Source: Octopus bimaculoides (lineage: Eukaryota). Taken from it: 64,000 nucleotides of DNA. This document shows positions 1-12,590 of this stretch, in pieces. Location of the stretch: assembly GCF_001194135.2 (NCBI RefSeq), contig NC_069007.1:1641729-1705728 (forward strand), in the 5' to 3' direction. Under the pieces are notes generated by a model. The model was not told the DNA's origin, made no database searches, and saw only the letters and a list, made by a program, of their open reading frames with translations. Position 1 is the stretch's first letter. Each line of letters begins with the position of its first letter. The position numbers and the translations under genes were made by a program.

Positions 1-412
1 TCATGACTGTTGAAGGGCAAAGGAGACAATCCTACTTCTTTCTAAACTATATGGAATCGTCAAATAGCTGTACATTCTTTATAATTCCTTGTTAAACTGA
101 ATCATGTTGAATATCTGCGAGATGATAAGATGATAGTAATTAAACGCAAACTGGGGCAAAAAGGCACTGGAGTGGCCGTATGAAACGGCGCCACCCTGAC
201 GGAATCAACCGGACGAGATTCATAAAATAACAATGCAAAATCGTGGTGGTGCTCTCGCATGAACGCAGTTGCGTAGCTGAAACGAATAAAAGAAAAACGA
301 TAATATATATATATAAATTCAGTAATAGGATGAATTCTTTTATAAGAATTTATCAAGTAGCTAGTTACTGTATATATATATATATATATACACACATACA
401 TGTATATATACC

Positions 413-631
413 TATTTCTTTACTGCCCACAAGGGGCTACACACAGAGGGGACGAAGGGATTAAGTCGATTATATCGACCCCAGTACGTAACTGGTACTT
501 AATTTGTCGACCCCGAAAGGATGAAAGGCAAAGACGACCGCGGCGGAATTTGAACTCAGAACGTAGTGGCAGACGAAATAGCGGTAAGCATTTCGCCCGG
601 CGTGCTAACGATTCTGCCAGTTCGCCGCCTT
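413..631 (-). mobile_element. tRNA-derived SINE, family A, full length with 18-bp TSD
   Basis: The reverse complement begins GGCGGCGAACTGGCAGAATCGTTAGCACG (A-box-like) and contains GAGTTCAAATTCC (B box). It is flanked by a perfect direct repeat, CATACATGTATATATACC (395-412 and 632-649). Many similar copies occur in the window. Confidence 0.9.
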
Positions 632-679
632 CATACATGTATATATACCCTCACACTCATTCACGTATACATGGACATA

Positions 680-681
680 TA

Positions 682-721
<40 letters not shown>

Positions 722-810
722 CACACACTCACACACACACTCACACACACGCACGCACGCACACACATATACACACACACACACACACATATATACACAC
801 ACACAAATAT
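680..810. repeat. (CA)n microsatellite
   Basis: Direct reading of the sequence. Confidence 0.95.
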
Positions 811-1539
811 ATAAATGAATGTATGTCCTTTCATATTCCACCGTACGTGCATGTGTGCTCGTGTTTGTACCAATTCCTGTCAGTGTTTGTGCGCATGTAT
901 ACGGTCATATCTCTAAATAATTACCATCTGTTTATCTCGCTGCACCACTGTCTGACATGAATTTGGCTTTCGCTCATCTTTGATTCGCTTCGTTGGCCCC
1001 TGTCTGTTGCTATTTCTTATAACAGATTGTCTTAATAAATAGACTGCAGATGACCTCTATTAACTTGCAATTGACCTTAACCATCGAAGGTCGCACGCGA
1101 GGTCACGCTACCATGGCGTTTTTGGAAATATATTTCACCAGTCTCGGACCTGCCCAAACTTTATTTCCATTTGAAACCCTATGCCAAGTAGTGTTATCTT
1201 ATAATTATTTTTATCCAAATTTTCAATTATAGTTAGTGTTTCGAGAAGTTTGATTCAACGCGAAACAATTGCAAATGTCCATTTACTTTTCCTTGACATG
1301 TATTCATGTGTTCGTGATATGGTGTAGGATTTATCGTAAGAAAAATCAATGTGTATAGAAATATGTAAGGAATTGATGGTTTCATGGCATACGAAAGTAA
1401 TATCGCCCACAAGTGCCAATTTTCAATAGTATTCTGTCCAAAATAATTCGATAATTCATATAGATTTTACTGAAGAAGCACATTATTTTACAGATTTATA
1501 CCAATCGGCTATGAATATGTTTTATTTTTCTTTTACTGG

Positions 1540-1740
1540 AAGGTGGTGAGCTGGCAGAAACGTTAGCACGCCGAGCGCAATGCTTAGCGATATTTCGTCT
1601 GTCTTCACGTTCTGAGTTCAAATTCTACCGAGATCGAATTTGCCTTTTATCCATTCGAGGTCGATAAATAAAGTATCAGTTGCGTACCGGGGTCGATCTA
1701 CTCGACTGCTCCCCTCCCCTAAAATTTCAAGCCTTGTTCC

Positions 1741-1742
<2 letters not shown>
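1540..1742 (+). mobile_element. tRNA-derived SINE, family A (CCCCTCCCC-tail variant)
   Basis: GGTGGTGAGCTGGCAGAAACGTTAGCACG...GAGTTCAAATTC...CCCCTCCCCTAAAATTTC is homologous to the other family A copies. Confidence 0.85.
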
Positions 1743-1773
<31 letters not shown>

Positions 1774-1793
1774 TGTGTGTGTGTGTGTGTATT

Positions 1794-2160
1794 ACTGTTC
1801 TATATTTTAGAGATGAGGAATTCTGTACATTTTTTTACATTCGACGGATATGTGTCTTCATCTTGTTTGTTGTTAACACAACCTTTCGGCTGATTTCCTC
1901 TCCAGTCTTCATCAGGTGATTAAGATTTGTGGCAACCTTCTCTCTGCTTTCAGAGTTGTCTTTCTTTACTTTACTACCAACACTTATGAAACTTGCCAAT
2001 TTTTCAAAGCAGTCAGACTTGTTTATCACCACCGTACCATTGCCCTTGTCCGCTGGATGTATTCTGATGGAATTCTCTCTCTGTAGTATTTTGATAGCGA
2101 ACCTTTCTTCCTGAGGAATATTTGGTTAGGCAAGTTTCTCTTTCTCTAGCACCTATTTCA
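1794..2160 (-). mobile_element. Penelope-like element relic: pre-RT ORF fragment joined to a hammerhead-bearing terminal repeat
   Basis: The minus frame reads *PNIPQEERFAIKILQRENSIRIHPADKGNGTVVINKSDCFEKL, which matches the PLE pre-RT motif PNL..EE..AL..L....I.I..ADKG..VV....Y..K. Directly downstream is CAC-CTGATGA-A-GACTG...CAGCC-GAAA and the tail shared with 28351-28495 and 33240-33345. Confidence 0.7.
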
Positions 2161-2284
2161 TTTTACGCTTTTCGGACACCCAAGTATTGAACTCCAAGTA
2201 TCTTGCTTGTTATAACACGTCTGTCTTTGTGTATGTATATCCATGCACATATATACTCTTTACTTTCTTTTACTCTTTTACTAG

Positions 2285-2405
2285 TTTCATTCATTTGACT
2301 GCGGCCATGCTGGATCACCGCCTTTAGTCGAGCAAATCGACCCCAGTACTTATTCTTTGTAAGCCTAGTACCTATTCTATCGGTCTCTTCTATTCTATCG
2401 GACTG
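2285..2405 (-). mobile_element. SINE family B, 3' fragment
   Basis: CATTTGACTGCGGCCATGCTGG...TTATTCTTTGTAAGCCTAGTAC matches 55995-56185. Confidence 0.75.
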
Positions 2406-3214
2406 AAACAAATAAGAGTATATACAGAGCGAGAGAGCGAGGGAGACAGAGTGAGGGAGACAGAGCGAGAGAGTGTTGTATGGTAGGTAAACACAGTTAC
2501 GTTTGCTACATTTATTTACATGATGCAAAACATACTGATTATAGAGTTTCATAAGAATGGTAAAAAAATATCAAATAGATAAAAAAAATCTATGGTAGTG
2601 ATTAGATGCATATAGAGTACGTGTGTTCCCATAGGTGTGTATATATCAATGTGGAAGTATTAATATTTAGGTTAGAATCTGTGCATGTTTCTTATGGTAG
2701 GGGTGTACATTTTCTTGTTTTATATTCCATGTGTAGACACCACCTTTTGCTATCTTTCTATTTCATGATGTATCTATATATTCAGCCACATGTGCAATGT
2801 TCTGATTGACAGAAAATACAAAATTTCTTCTAACTTTTCCTCAGCACCGTTTTTACCTTGATAGATTAAATTTATATAAATCTGTTCTTACTAATACTCA
2901 ACGTATGCATTATACAGGTTTTTCATAGCTAGAATTATCTTCGACGTTTCTACGATTTCCACAAACAACATATTTTAAACCCATATCTCGCAAATTTTTG
3001 ATTATAAATTTTCATTATATAATCCAGGACGTGCCAGGCAGAATTAATTAAAATACATGCAACCCGTTTTTGCCTCGTTGATCAAAAAATTGATTTTATG
3101 TAATAACATTTGTATACACTAATCTGAATTTTATTCCTAATACATCGCCGCGTAGTAAGAAACTTGCTTCACAAACGCATGGTTCCGGATTCAATCCGTT
3201 GTTGTTGGCACTTC

Positions 3215-3556
3215 ATCGCTTACGACGACGAGGGTTCCAGTTGATCCGATCAACGAAACAGCCTGCTCGTGAAGTTAACGTGCAAGTGGCTGAGCACTCC
3301 ACAGACACGTGTACCCTTAAAGTAGTTCTCGGGGAGATTCAGCGTGACACTGTGACAAGGCTGACCCTTTGAATTACAGGCACAACAGAAAGAGGAAGAG
3401 AGAGTGAGAGAAAGTTGTAGTGGAAGAGTACAACAGGGTTCGCCACCATCCCCTGCTGGAGCCTCGTAGAGCTTTAGGTGTTTTCGCTCAATAAACACAA
3501 CGCCCGGTCTGGGAATCGAAACCGTTATCCTATCCACTGGGCCATTGCACCTCCAC
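3215..3556 (-). mobile_element. tRNA-derived SINE, family C
   Basis: The reverse complement starts GTGGAGGTGCAATGGCCCAGTGG (A box) and contains GGTTTCGATTCC (B-box-like). It is closely similar to 50036-50392. Confidence 0.85.
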
Positions 3557-4989
3557 TCTGTCGCAGATATATACACATATACTTCTATATGTGTGTTTGT
3601 TTATATTCGACGGGTTTTTTTTTCCACTCACAAATTTTTAGTAATCTCGGTGGTACTCTTGGAGATATTTACCCGAAATCATCTGCATGTGTGTTATATG
3701 TTATATCAAAATTACAAACGTTAGTTTGATATCTAACTTACTGGTGTTTTGACGGCAAAAATGATATGGAATCGTCTAAAACTCAACAAAACCAAACCCC
3801 AAAGAGGTATGTATGTGTCGGGGATGTCTTTGTGACAGTCTTCCTATCACCCACTGACAAGTATCGGTATGTTTTTTCGATGGCTGAGTGTATATTCTTC
3901 ATTTCTTCAAGCTGTACTTACAACGTTTGCTGAACAGTTCGAAATACTTGTTTTTAGAATAATTGATCACAAAATATTTCTAATTTTTTTTTTTATAAGC
4001 TCCGACGCTTTTTCTCTTTTACTCTTTTATTTGTATATTTTTTGTACTGTTGCATTGCGGTGGTTTTTTTTTTTGTTTATTTTTCATCGAGGGACGCATT
4101 ACTTGTGTTTAGTACATATTTTGAAGTGAAAAATACGAGAAAACAAAAACAAATTATTCTGCCAGACAAACCTCTATATCTCTTTAAGAGCAAGTTAATT
4201 GGAACGGATATCCATAAGTAACTAATCATCTAATTATTACTGCGAAGTACACCAAAGAAATTTTAGTTGGATAGTGTTTGAAATAAATTCTACTTCGCAG
4301 ACAGTAAAATCACTTTTAGAAATTATTAATGTTAATAAATAAATAAATAAACCCATTATTTAATTAATTAATTAATGATTTTATTAATTAATGATATTCT
4401 TCCAGACGTTGGAATATAACCTAAACTAAAATTAAATAACACAACTCATGCTGCAAATCCACGAAATGTACGCACATTAAGAGAATTAACAAGAAATATG
4501 AAACACGATGCAAGAACGGAAAACAGACACACTGCTCTCATAAATCGACTCAAATACGTCCACAAACTGCTATACAAAGAAAACACTTCGATGTATACCT
4601 GACAATGGGGTAGGATCTCCCATGTTATTATCCCAAACTACCACAAGTTGTGGGGACATGATTAGCTAACGAAAGTGCTAGACTGGAAACTGTGCGAAAC
4701 GTGGGGGCTTGAGAGAGATAAGACGTGACATGAGCACAATCCGCAGTGTGGCGGAGTCGGAAACTGGCAAAAATCCAGCCTAAACCAGATCCAATTCTCC
4801 CCAAACATCACCCTTACAATCTATAAAACATTATATGCGTCTCGTATAATACATTCGTTGATATCTTTAGAATAATGGGATTAAGCGAAAATACTATGTA
4901 GATTATTGTCTTAATAATAATCCCAACCACCGTTGTTTCAATATCGTTACAATATCTTCGTCATCAACGCCATCGACAACGCCATCATT

Positions 4990-6741
4990 ATTGGTCATTA
5001 TTATGCCCTTGATGGTCGTGCTATCGCCGATGATGATGTTAATGACCATCACGATGATCATGATGGTGTCGGTGGTTTTGGCGATGATGATGATGATGGT
5101 GATGATGATTATAATGAAGTTAATAATTGTCATCATCGCCGTCGTTTCTCACTATCTTCATCATCTTCATCTTCATCATCTTCATCTTCATCATCTTCAT
5201 CTTCATCATCTTCATCATCTTCATCTTCATCATCTTCATCTTCATCATCTTCATCTTCTTCATCTTCATCATCTTCATCTTCATCATCTTCATCTTCATC
5301 ATCTTCATCTTCATCATCTTCATCTTCATCATCTTCATCTTCATCATCTTCATCNNNNNNNNNNNNNNNNNNNNNNNNNNNNNNNNNNNNNNNNNNNNNN
5401 NNNNNNNNNNNNNNNNNNNNNNNNNNNNNNNNNNNNNNNNNNNNNNNNNNNNNNNNNNNNNNNNNNNNNNNNNNNNNNNNNNNNNNNNNNNNNNNNNNNN
5501 NNNNNNNNNNNNNNNNNNNNNNNNNNNNNNNNNNNNNNNNNNNNNNNNNNNNNNNNNNNNNNNNNNNNNNNNNNNNNNNNNNNNNNNNNNNNNNNNNNNN
5601 NNNNNNNNNNNNNNNNNNNNNNNNNNNNNNNNNNNNNNNNNNNNNNNNNNNNNNNNNNNNNNNNNNNNNNNNNNNNNNNNNNNNNNNNNNNNNNNNNNNN
5701 NNNNNNNNNNNNNNNNNNNNNNNNNNNNNNNNNNNNNNNNNNNNNNNNNNNNNNNNNNNNNNNNNNNNNNNNNNNNNNNNNNNNNNNNNNNNNNNNNNNN
5801 NNNNNNNNNNNNNNNNNNNNNNNNNNNNNNNNNNNNNNNNNNNNNNNNNNNNNNNNNNNNNNNNNNNNNNNNNNNNNNNNNNNNNNNNNNNNNNNNNNNN
5901 NNNNNNNNNNNNNNNNNNNNNNNNNNNNNNNNNNNNNNNNNNNNNNNNNNNNNNNNNNNNNNNNNNNNNNNNNNNNNNNNNNNNNNNNNNNNNNNNNNNN
6001 NNNNNNNNNNNNNNNNNNNNNNNNNNNNNNNNNNNNNNNNNNNNNNNNNNNNNNNNNNNNNNNNNNNNNNNNNNNNNNNNNNNACATCATCATCATCAAC
6101 ATCTTCATCATCAACATCTTCATCATCAACATCTTCATCATCAACATCTTCATCATCAACATCTTCATCATCAACATCTTCATCATCAACCTCTTCATCA
6201 TCAACCTCTTCATCATCAACATCTTCATCATCAACATCTTCATCATCAACATCTTCATCATCAACATCTTCATCATCAACATCTTCATCATCAACATCTT
6301 CATCATCAACATCATCATTATCAATATCGTCACCATCAACAACGTCATCAACATCATCGTCATCAACATCAGTGTCATCAACATCATAACCGTCTTCATC
6401 AAAATCATCATCATCATGAGCATCATCATCGTCATCGCCGCAGTCGGCGTCGTGGTCGTTGTAACCACCATTGTTAGCGTCATCGAAAACGAGCAAATCA
6501 TCAAAAACATCATCATCATTATCATCATCATCATCATCATCATCAGTATCATCATCATCATTATCATCATCAAAACCATCATCATCCTCATCATTATCAT
6601 CATCATCATGACCACCGTCATCATGCTCCGAACTACCCTTGCTATTATCAGTATAATCTGTATATTAGTCATCAGCTTCATCGTTAATTATCATACTTCA
6701 CTCCTTCGTAATCAGCGTCTTCATCATCATCATCAGCATCA

Positions 6742-6775
<34 letters not shown>

Positions 6776-6830
6776 GCTGTCGTCGTTGTTATTAGTTTTA
6801 AGTATACTATTATTATTATTATCTTATACC
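4990..6830. repeat. Compound trinucleotide/15-mer tandem repeat tract (GAT/TCA/CAT/TTA) spanning gap 5355-6083
   Basis: (TCTTCATCATCTTCA)n at 5155-5354, (CATCATCAACATCTT)n at 6085-6310, then degenerate (CAT)n and (ATT)n. Confidence 0.95.
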
Positions 6831-8623
6831 AAATTTTCTTTTAGAAAGAACCACAGGTGGTAGTAGTAGTAGTAGTAGTAGATTCACTACGGCTAAGTCG
6901 TGCTGTTCGCAATTTTTTTTTCCAACACACTAAAACGAGACAGATGAAACCCAAACAAACAAACAAAATGAATAAAGCTAAAGAAAAGAACAAGAAAAAT
7001 ACCTCCACAAGAAACATTTTTAAATATTGTTAACGTTTATTATAGAAAACAACAGAAATGAAAAGAGACAAAAACAACAACATCAACAAAAACAACAAAA
7101 AACATTAATGTATTTTTTTCTCCGATCTAAAAGTTATTATAATTATTTGTTTTGTGATTTTTTTGTGTGTGTATGTCTTGTTTTTTTTTCCATTATTTTT
7201 TTGTATATTCTTTTTATTTGAAAATTAACTGCTTATTATTATTTTCTATGTGTGTGTGTGTATGTGTTCTCTCTAATCAATAATATTTGGTTTCTAATGA
7301 ATATTTAATTTTTTTTTCTTTAGTTCTGTATTTTTGAATTTTCTAATGTCGAACGACACAAATTGAATGATTTTTAGAAATATTATTTTTTTGTTAATAT
7401 TTTCTCATTGTCAATGAAAAATTGTATTTTCTCATTTGCTTTATGTATTTTAATTTTTTTTTATTATAGCCAGTTAATGTTCTATAGCATTAACATTTTT
7501 ATAAATAATAATAATGATAATAATAATAATAATAGTGGTGGTGGAGGTGGTGCTGCTGCTGGTGGTGGTGGTGGTACAAAAACCTACACACAAACGCACA
7601 TACAGACTAAAACTATAGAATATTTGATAAATTTCTAAATGGAAGAAAATAATATTATCAAAAGCACAGAACGTATTAAAAAAATAATTATAACAACTTA
7701 TAATACCATAATTAAAAAGAAATATTAAAAGAAATTGAATGCAAATTTAATATATGATAACTATAAATAAATCGAAGTAGGATTTATGAATAGAGTGGCG
7801 TTAGACTTTTGGAAAATATTTCAAAAATATCGAACAATAGGACGGCAATGTCTAAGTGATAAGGTTCTTAATTTTGGTTGTCAAAGAATAGCTGTGTACG
7901 TGATGCTACAAGATTTCATTGTTATGTTATGAGTATTAATCGGCTAATCCATGGAATTGGTATCCCTTTGTACTTTTGTTGTTTGTCAAACACGCGCACA
8001 TATTATTTCTTGTTATGTACGCGTCGAGACATACACATACACACACACACGTGCTTGCAGACACACAAAGACACGCATACACACGTGCATATGCATGTAT
8101 ATGTGCGTAAGGGAGTTTTATATGCCTATATCTCTCTGCCTGACTACGTAGCAATTTCTCTCTTTTTTACCTTGTATATATATATATATATATATATACA
8201 TATACATTATATACATATATTTACACACACACATTCACTCATACACACATATATACATATTTAACAACTGGAAGACAGAGAGAGTTAACTTGAGAGCATT
8301 GGTCATGTTGAGAGATAGATATATACATATAAAAGTAAAACGTAAGACCTCGATTAGAAGTAGGTAATATTTCAAAACTTGTACGATGGTTCCTTTTTGC
8401 CTGTTGCTTTTCCTGCATCTGTCATTCCGTGCAGACCTTCATACCATTGTGGTGGTTTGCCACTAACACCAATCGAGCAGCATAGATTTTATTTGTTTTC
8501 TGCCCTATTTACAATACCTATGTCTCAAATAATATGCGTTTGCCATTAAAACGGACATAGCCACCATCTGTTATTTTGGCACACAAATACGCTCCCTCGC
8601 AATACAAAAGAGTCTACGGCACT

Positions 8624-8661
<38 letters not shown>

Positions 8662-8740
8662 ACGCACATGCACATATGTATATATTTATATTTTGATATA
8701 TATATATATATATATATATAATCATCAATATATATATATA

Positions 8741-9188
8741 TGGAAAACAGACAAAGTAGAAAATGCTAAAATACTTTTATAAAGAACATTACAAAACCGG
8801 TTTCGACCCTTCAGATCTTTTCAACAGTAAATATAAATAATAAATTTTTGAAAAATTATTGAAAAATTAAATTTCGGTAAATTTAAAAGAAAAGTCTTTT
8901 TAAAGACATATTTGTATAGTATTCNNNNNNNNNNNNNNNNNNNNNNNNNNNNNNNNNNNNNNNNNNNNNNNNNNNNNNNNNNNNNNNNNNNNNNNNNNNN
9001 NNNNNNNNNNNNNNNNNNNNNNNNNNNNNNNNNNNNNNNNNNNNNNNNNNNNNNNNNNNNNNNNNNNNNNNNNNNNNNNNNNNNNNNNNNNNNNNNNNNN
9101 NNNNNNNNNNNNNNNNNNNNNNNNNNNNNNNNNNNNNNNNNNNNNNNNNNNNNNNNNNNNNNNCATTTTCTACATTGTCTGTTTTCCA
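8741..9188. mobile_element. Fold-back element with inverted termini, partly in gap 8925-9163
   Basis: TGGAAAACAGACAAAGTAGAAAATG (8741-8765) is the reverse complement of CATTTTCTACATTGTCTGTTTTCCA (9164-9188) with 1 mismatch. (TA)n lies on both sides. Confidence 0.6.
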
Positions 9189-9222
9189 TATATATCTACT
9201 CGTGTGTTCCTCTTCAACCTTT

Positions 9223-9267
<45 letters not shown>

Positions 9268-11034
9268 GAGACAATAACAACAAAAATACTCATTGCTCCT
9301 ATCGATGTCAATACTCCGAATAATATCCCATTTCATTAAAATATTCATAATCCTTACCGTTGTAATCTTAAAAGCAAATAGTCAACGGGAAGTAACTTTA
9401 ATCCCCCAACAAATTCGGTTGTTAATTAGATAACGAAGGAAAGGGAATAAGTCACTGGAGTTCGAAGATTCAGCAAGTTTTAATAATTTGTCAAATATGA
9501 TTTATTTTCGCTATGTAGAAACAACAAACTGAGGTAATTTCCACAGCGAATTTATGTCAACAAAATATCTGATTTCTTCATCTGTAATAACGAAATAAAA
9601 CTTGAAATGAAAAATTTGCAAAGAATATGTATTAAGTAAATTATTATTAATGAAAACAATTTGATCCGGGAGAGAGAAAGTTAAAGACTGCGTTGAAAAT
9701 GAAAACGAAAAATTTTACCAGAACATATTAATATTCTTTATCAAATGTTAAAACCAACTCTGCAATGAACGTAAAGCTTGGCAACAAATATTTAATTTTA
9801 TGATAATAAATAATAACAGACTCTTCGAATGTGCCTTTTTATCGACATATATTAATAGAGGTTTAGTTCTTTTGTGAAGTTAAGGAGGAACACTTCAGGA
9901 CAGAAATACCAGTGATTAAATTCAATCAGATCTGTAGTTTGTTTTCAATCATAACTATACCCTGAAATTCATAACTATACATATAACTATATTATTGCAT
10001 AGAAGATGGGGAAGCTTTCTAAAGAGTATTCATTCACTATTCGTAACTAATTCTCTAACCATGTAAAAGCTATACTTGGTCGTAAAGACGTTTTAATTTT
10101 TCTCCAAGCTAAATTCCAAATGTTGTTGTAAATATATATAGCGTCTCAAATATAAGACAGTATATTAGGTTTTAAGGGATATCTGACTCCTCTTTCTAAC
10201 CGCTTGAAAGAATCTATAAGAGCTCTGTTAAACAAGGGATCAATAATTTCATGTAATCCCAACGAAAGTACTTACGTTTAAATGTGTCGTTATTTAATAT
10301 GACAATAATGAAGAATAAAACGAAGGCCAAGTTTATTTCAGTGTACAGGCAATTTTCTCAGAAGAAAGAAAAGTCCTCCTTTACCTTTGAGGCGCTGTAA
10401 CAAAAATTTTGGATGGCACCTTATGTTCACAACATTTATTGAAATTACCATACTTGACGCTTTTTCCCCCAGTTTTTTTTTCATTATTTCATTACGTTAC
10501 TGAAATCTCACCAATTTTCTTCGACGATTCTCCATTTTCTCCCAAGTAATTAACGTCATATCTGTGTTTATGCAAGCTAAATTCACAAATATTATAAACG
10601 TGGATATTACTTTAGGAAAATAAATTTAACAACATGGAAATAATAATCAGAGGGATGTTTATTAGAAACTATCTTCAAAATAAGGATGATTGCTTGTTGG
10701 ATATAAAGTAAAACAACGGGCAAGAACATTCTACACTAAATAGGAGCCTTAATGCATGGCTTTTGCAGAGATTTAATAACACAAAACACGTTCTTGATGC
10801 ATCGCTACCTTCAATGCACTTCCTTCCGTCTTTTAGTTTTTATGTAATAGATTCAGCACCGCATTCGTCAGTGCATGCGCACAACTCACACAAACACATC
10901 GACTCATGTAAATTTCCTACTGTGTACATTTCAGAAATTATTATGCAGGCTCTATCTATCACGCTCCTCTAATTTCTCTTTCTGTAAAAGAATGTGAGTG
11001 TTTGTTAGCGAGTGCCTGTGTGTGTGAGCGAGTG

Positions 11035-11035
11035 C

Positions 11036-11122
<87 letters not shown>
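11035..11122. repeat. (TG)n microsatellite
   Basis: Direct reading of the sequence. Confidence 0.95.
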
Positions 11123-11124
<2 letters not shown>

Positions 11125-11407
11125 GGTTTCTGAGTGTAGGTGAGTTCTTATGTGATAGAGTACGCGTGTCTAGAGATGTTTTCATGTACATGTGGATTCT
11201 GAATCCATTAATGCCATCATCTTATACAATATTTATGTCTTTCCACAAATTATACATACATATATACATATGTATGGGGAATGATATTTTTGGGAAAGGC
11301 TGTTCATTAAATATTGAATCGAATACTTTCGCACACACATATACATATATGTAATAATGTAATATATGCATGTACACAATATATGTGTGTGTGTGTGTGA
11401 GCGTGTG

Positions 11408-11449
<42 letters not shown>

Positions 11450-12139
11450 NNNNNNNNNNATATATATATATATATATATACATATGTATACATATATACA
11501 TATATACATTCCTATTTGTAACTACTATCTATCTATACACACACACACACACACACACACAGACACAGACACACACACACACACACATATATACATATGA
11601 TATATATATCTATATAAAGATGCATGTTTTTGTATACAAACGTATATATATGTATATAAAAATATAAGTATATACATATCTAAATATATATAAATGTGTG
11701 TATATACACATATTTAAATATATATATGTATATAAAAATATAAGTATATACATATGTAAATATATATAAGTGTGTGTATATATACATATTTAATTATATC
11801 TATATGTGCGTGTGTGTTTGCGTGCATGTATGTGTTTATGTTTATGTGTGTGTGTGTGTGTGTGTATGTGTGCGTGTGCGTGCGTGCAAGGATGTATTGC
11901 CAGGTGAGTGTTTCCGTGTGTGTGTTTGAGTGTTTTCCGGTGATTTACTCCTCGCCTTCATTCAGTGTTTGTGTATTCACTAATTTTTATTTTGTAATTC
12001 TGCTAATGTTTATTTTTCAATCGATATCTTAACACATTAACGGTTTTGTGTTGGTTGGAGCATTCTTGTGATTATCCATAACTGAAATCGAAGATATAAA
12101 AATACACAGAAGGAAACTTAAAAGAAAGTTGCGATAAGA

Positions 12140-12590
12140 ACGATTGATGGTTATGATGATGGCAGTGGTGGTGGTGGTGGTGGCGATGATGATGACGACG
12201 ACTATGATGATGATCATGGCAATGATGAAGATGATGGCGGTGATGATGAGGATGGCGATGATGAGGATAGCAATTTTGATGTTGATGATGACGGTGACTA
12301 TGGTGATGATGATGATGGCGATGATGATGATGGCGGTAATGATGATGATGGCGATGATGATGATGGCGATGATGATGATGACAATGACGACGAACACAGT
12401 TATTGTTCTTGTTGTTGTTAGTGGTGGTGTTGGTTGCGATTATGTTGACGATTGTGACGATACTGAAGGTGATAGTGGTGACGATGATGATGATGATGAT
12501 GATGATGATTATGACGATGACAACGACGACGACAAAGAAGAAGAAGAAGAAGAAGAAGAAGAAGAATGAAAGGAAGGAAGGAAGAAGTGA
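12140..12590. repeat. Degenerate (GAT)n/(GAA)n trinucleotide tract
   Basis: Direct reading. It produces low-complexity poly-M/D/E pseudo-ORFs. Confidence 0.9.

Noticed and set aside
3250-3576. Near-identical peptides ...CHSVTLNLPENYxKGTRVCGVLSHLHVNFTSRLFR here and at 50058-50381, suggesting paralogous genes
   Set aside because: Both lie inside family C SINE copies with Pol III boxes. The similarity is repeat identity, not protein conservation.
4933-6844. Very long ORFs (420-617 aa)
   Set aside because: They consist of trinucleotide repeats and N-gap translated as X, with no coding evidence. The same applies to ORFs spanning gaps 30091-30705, 38852-39111, 42681-42838, 54206-55034 and 60307-60698.
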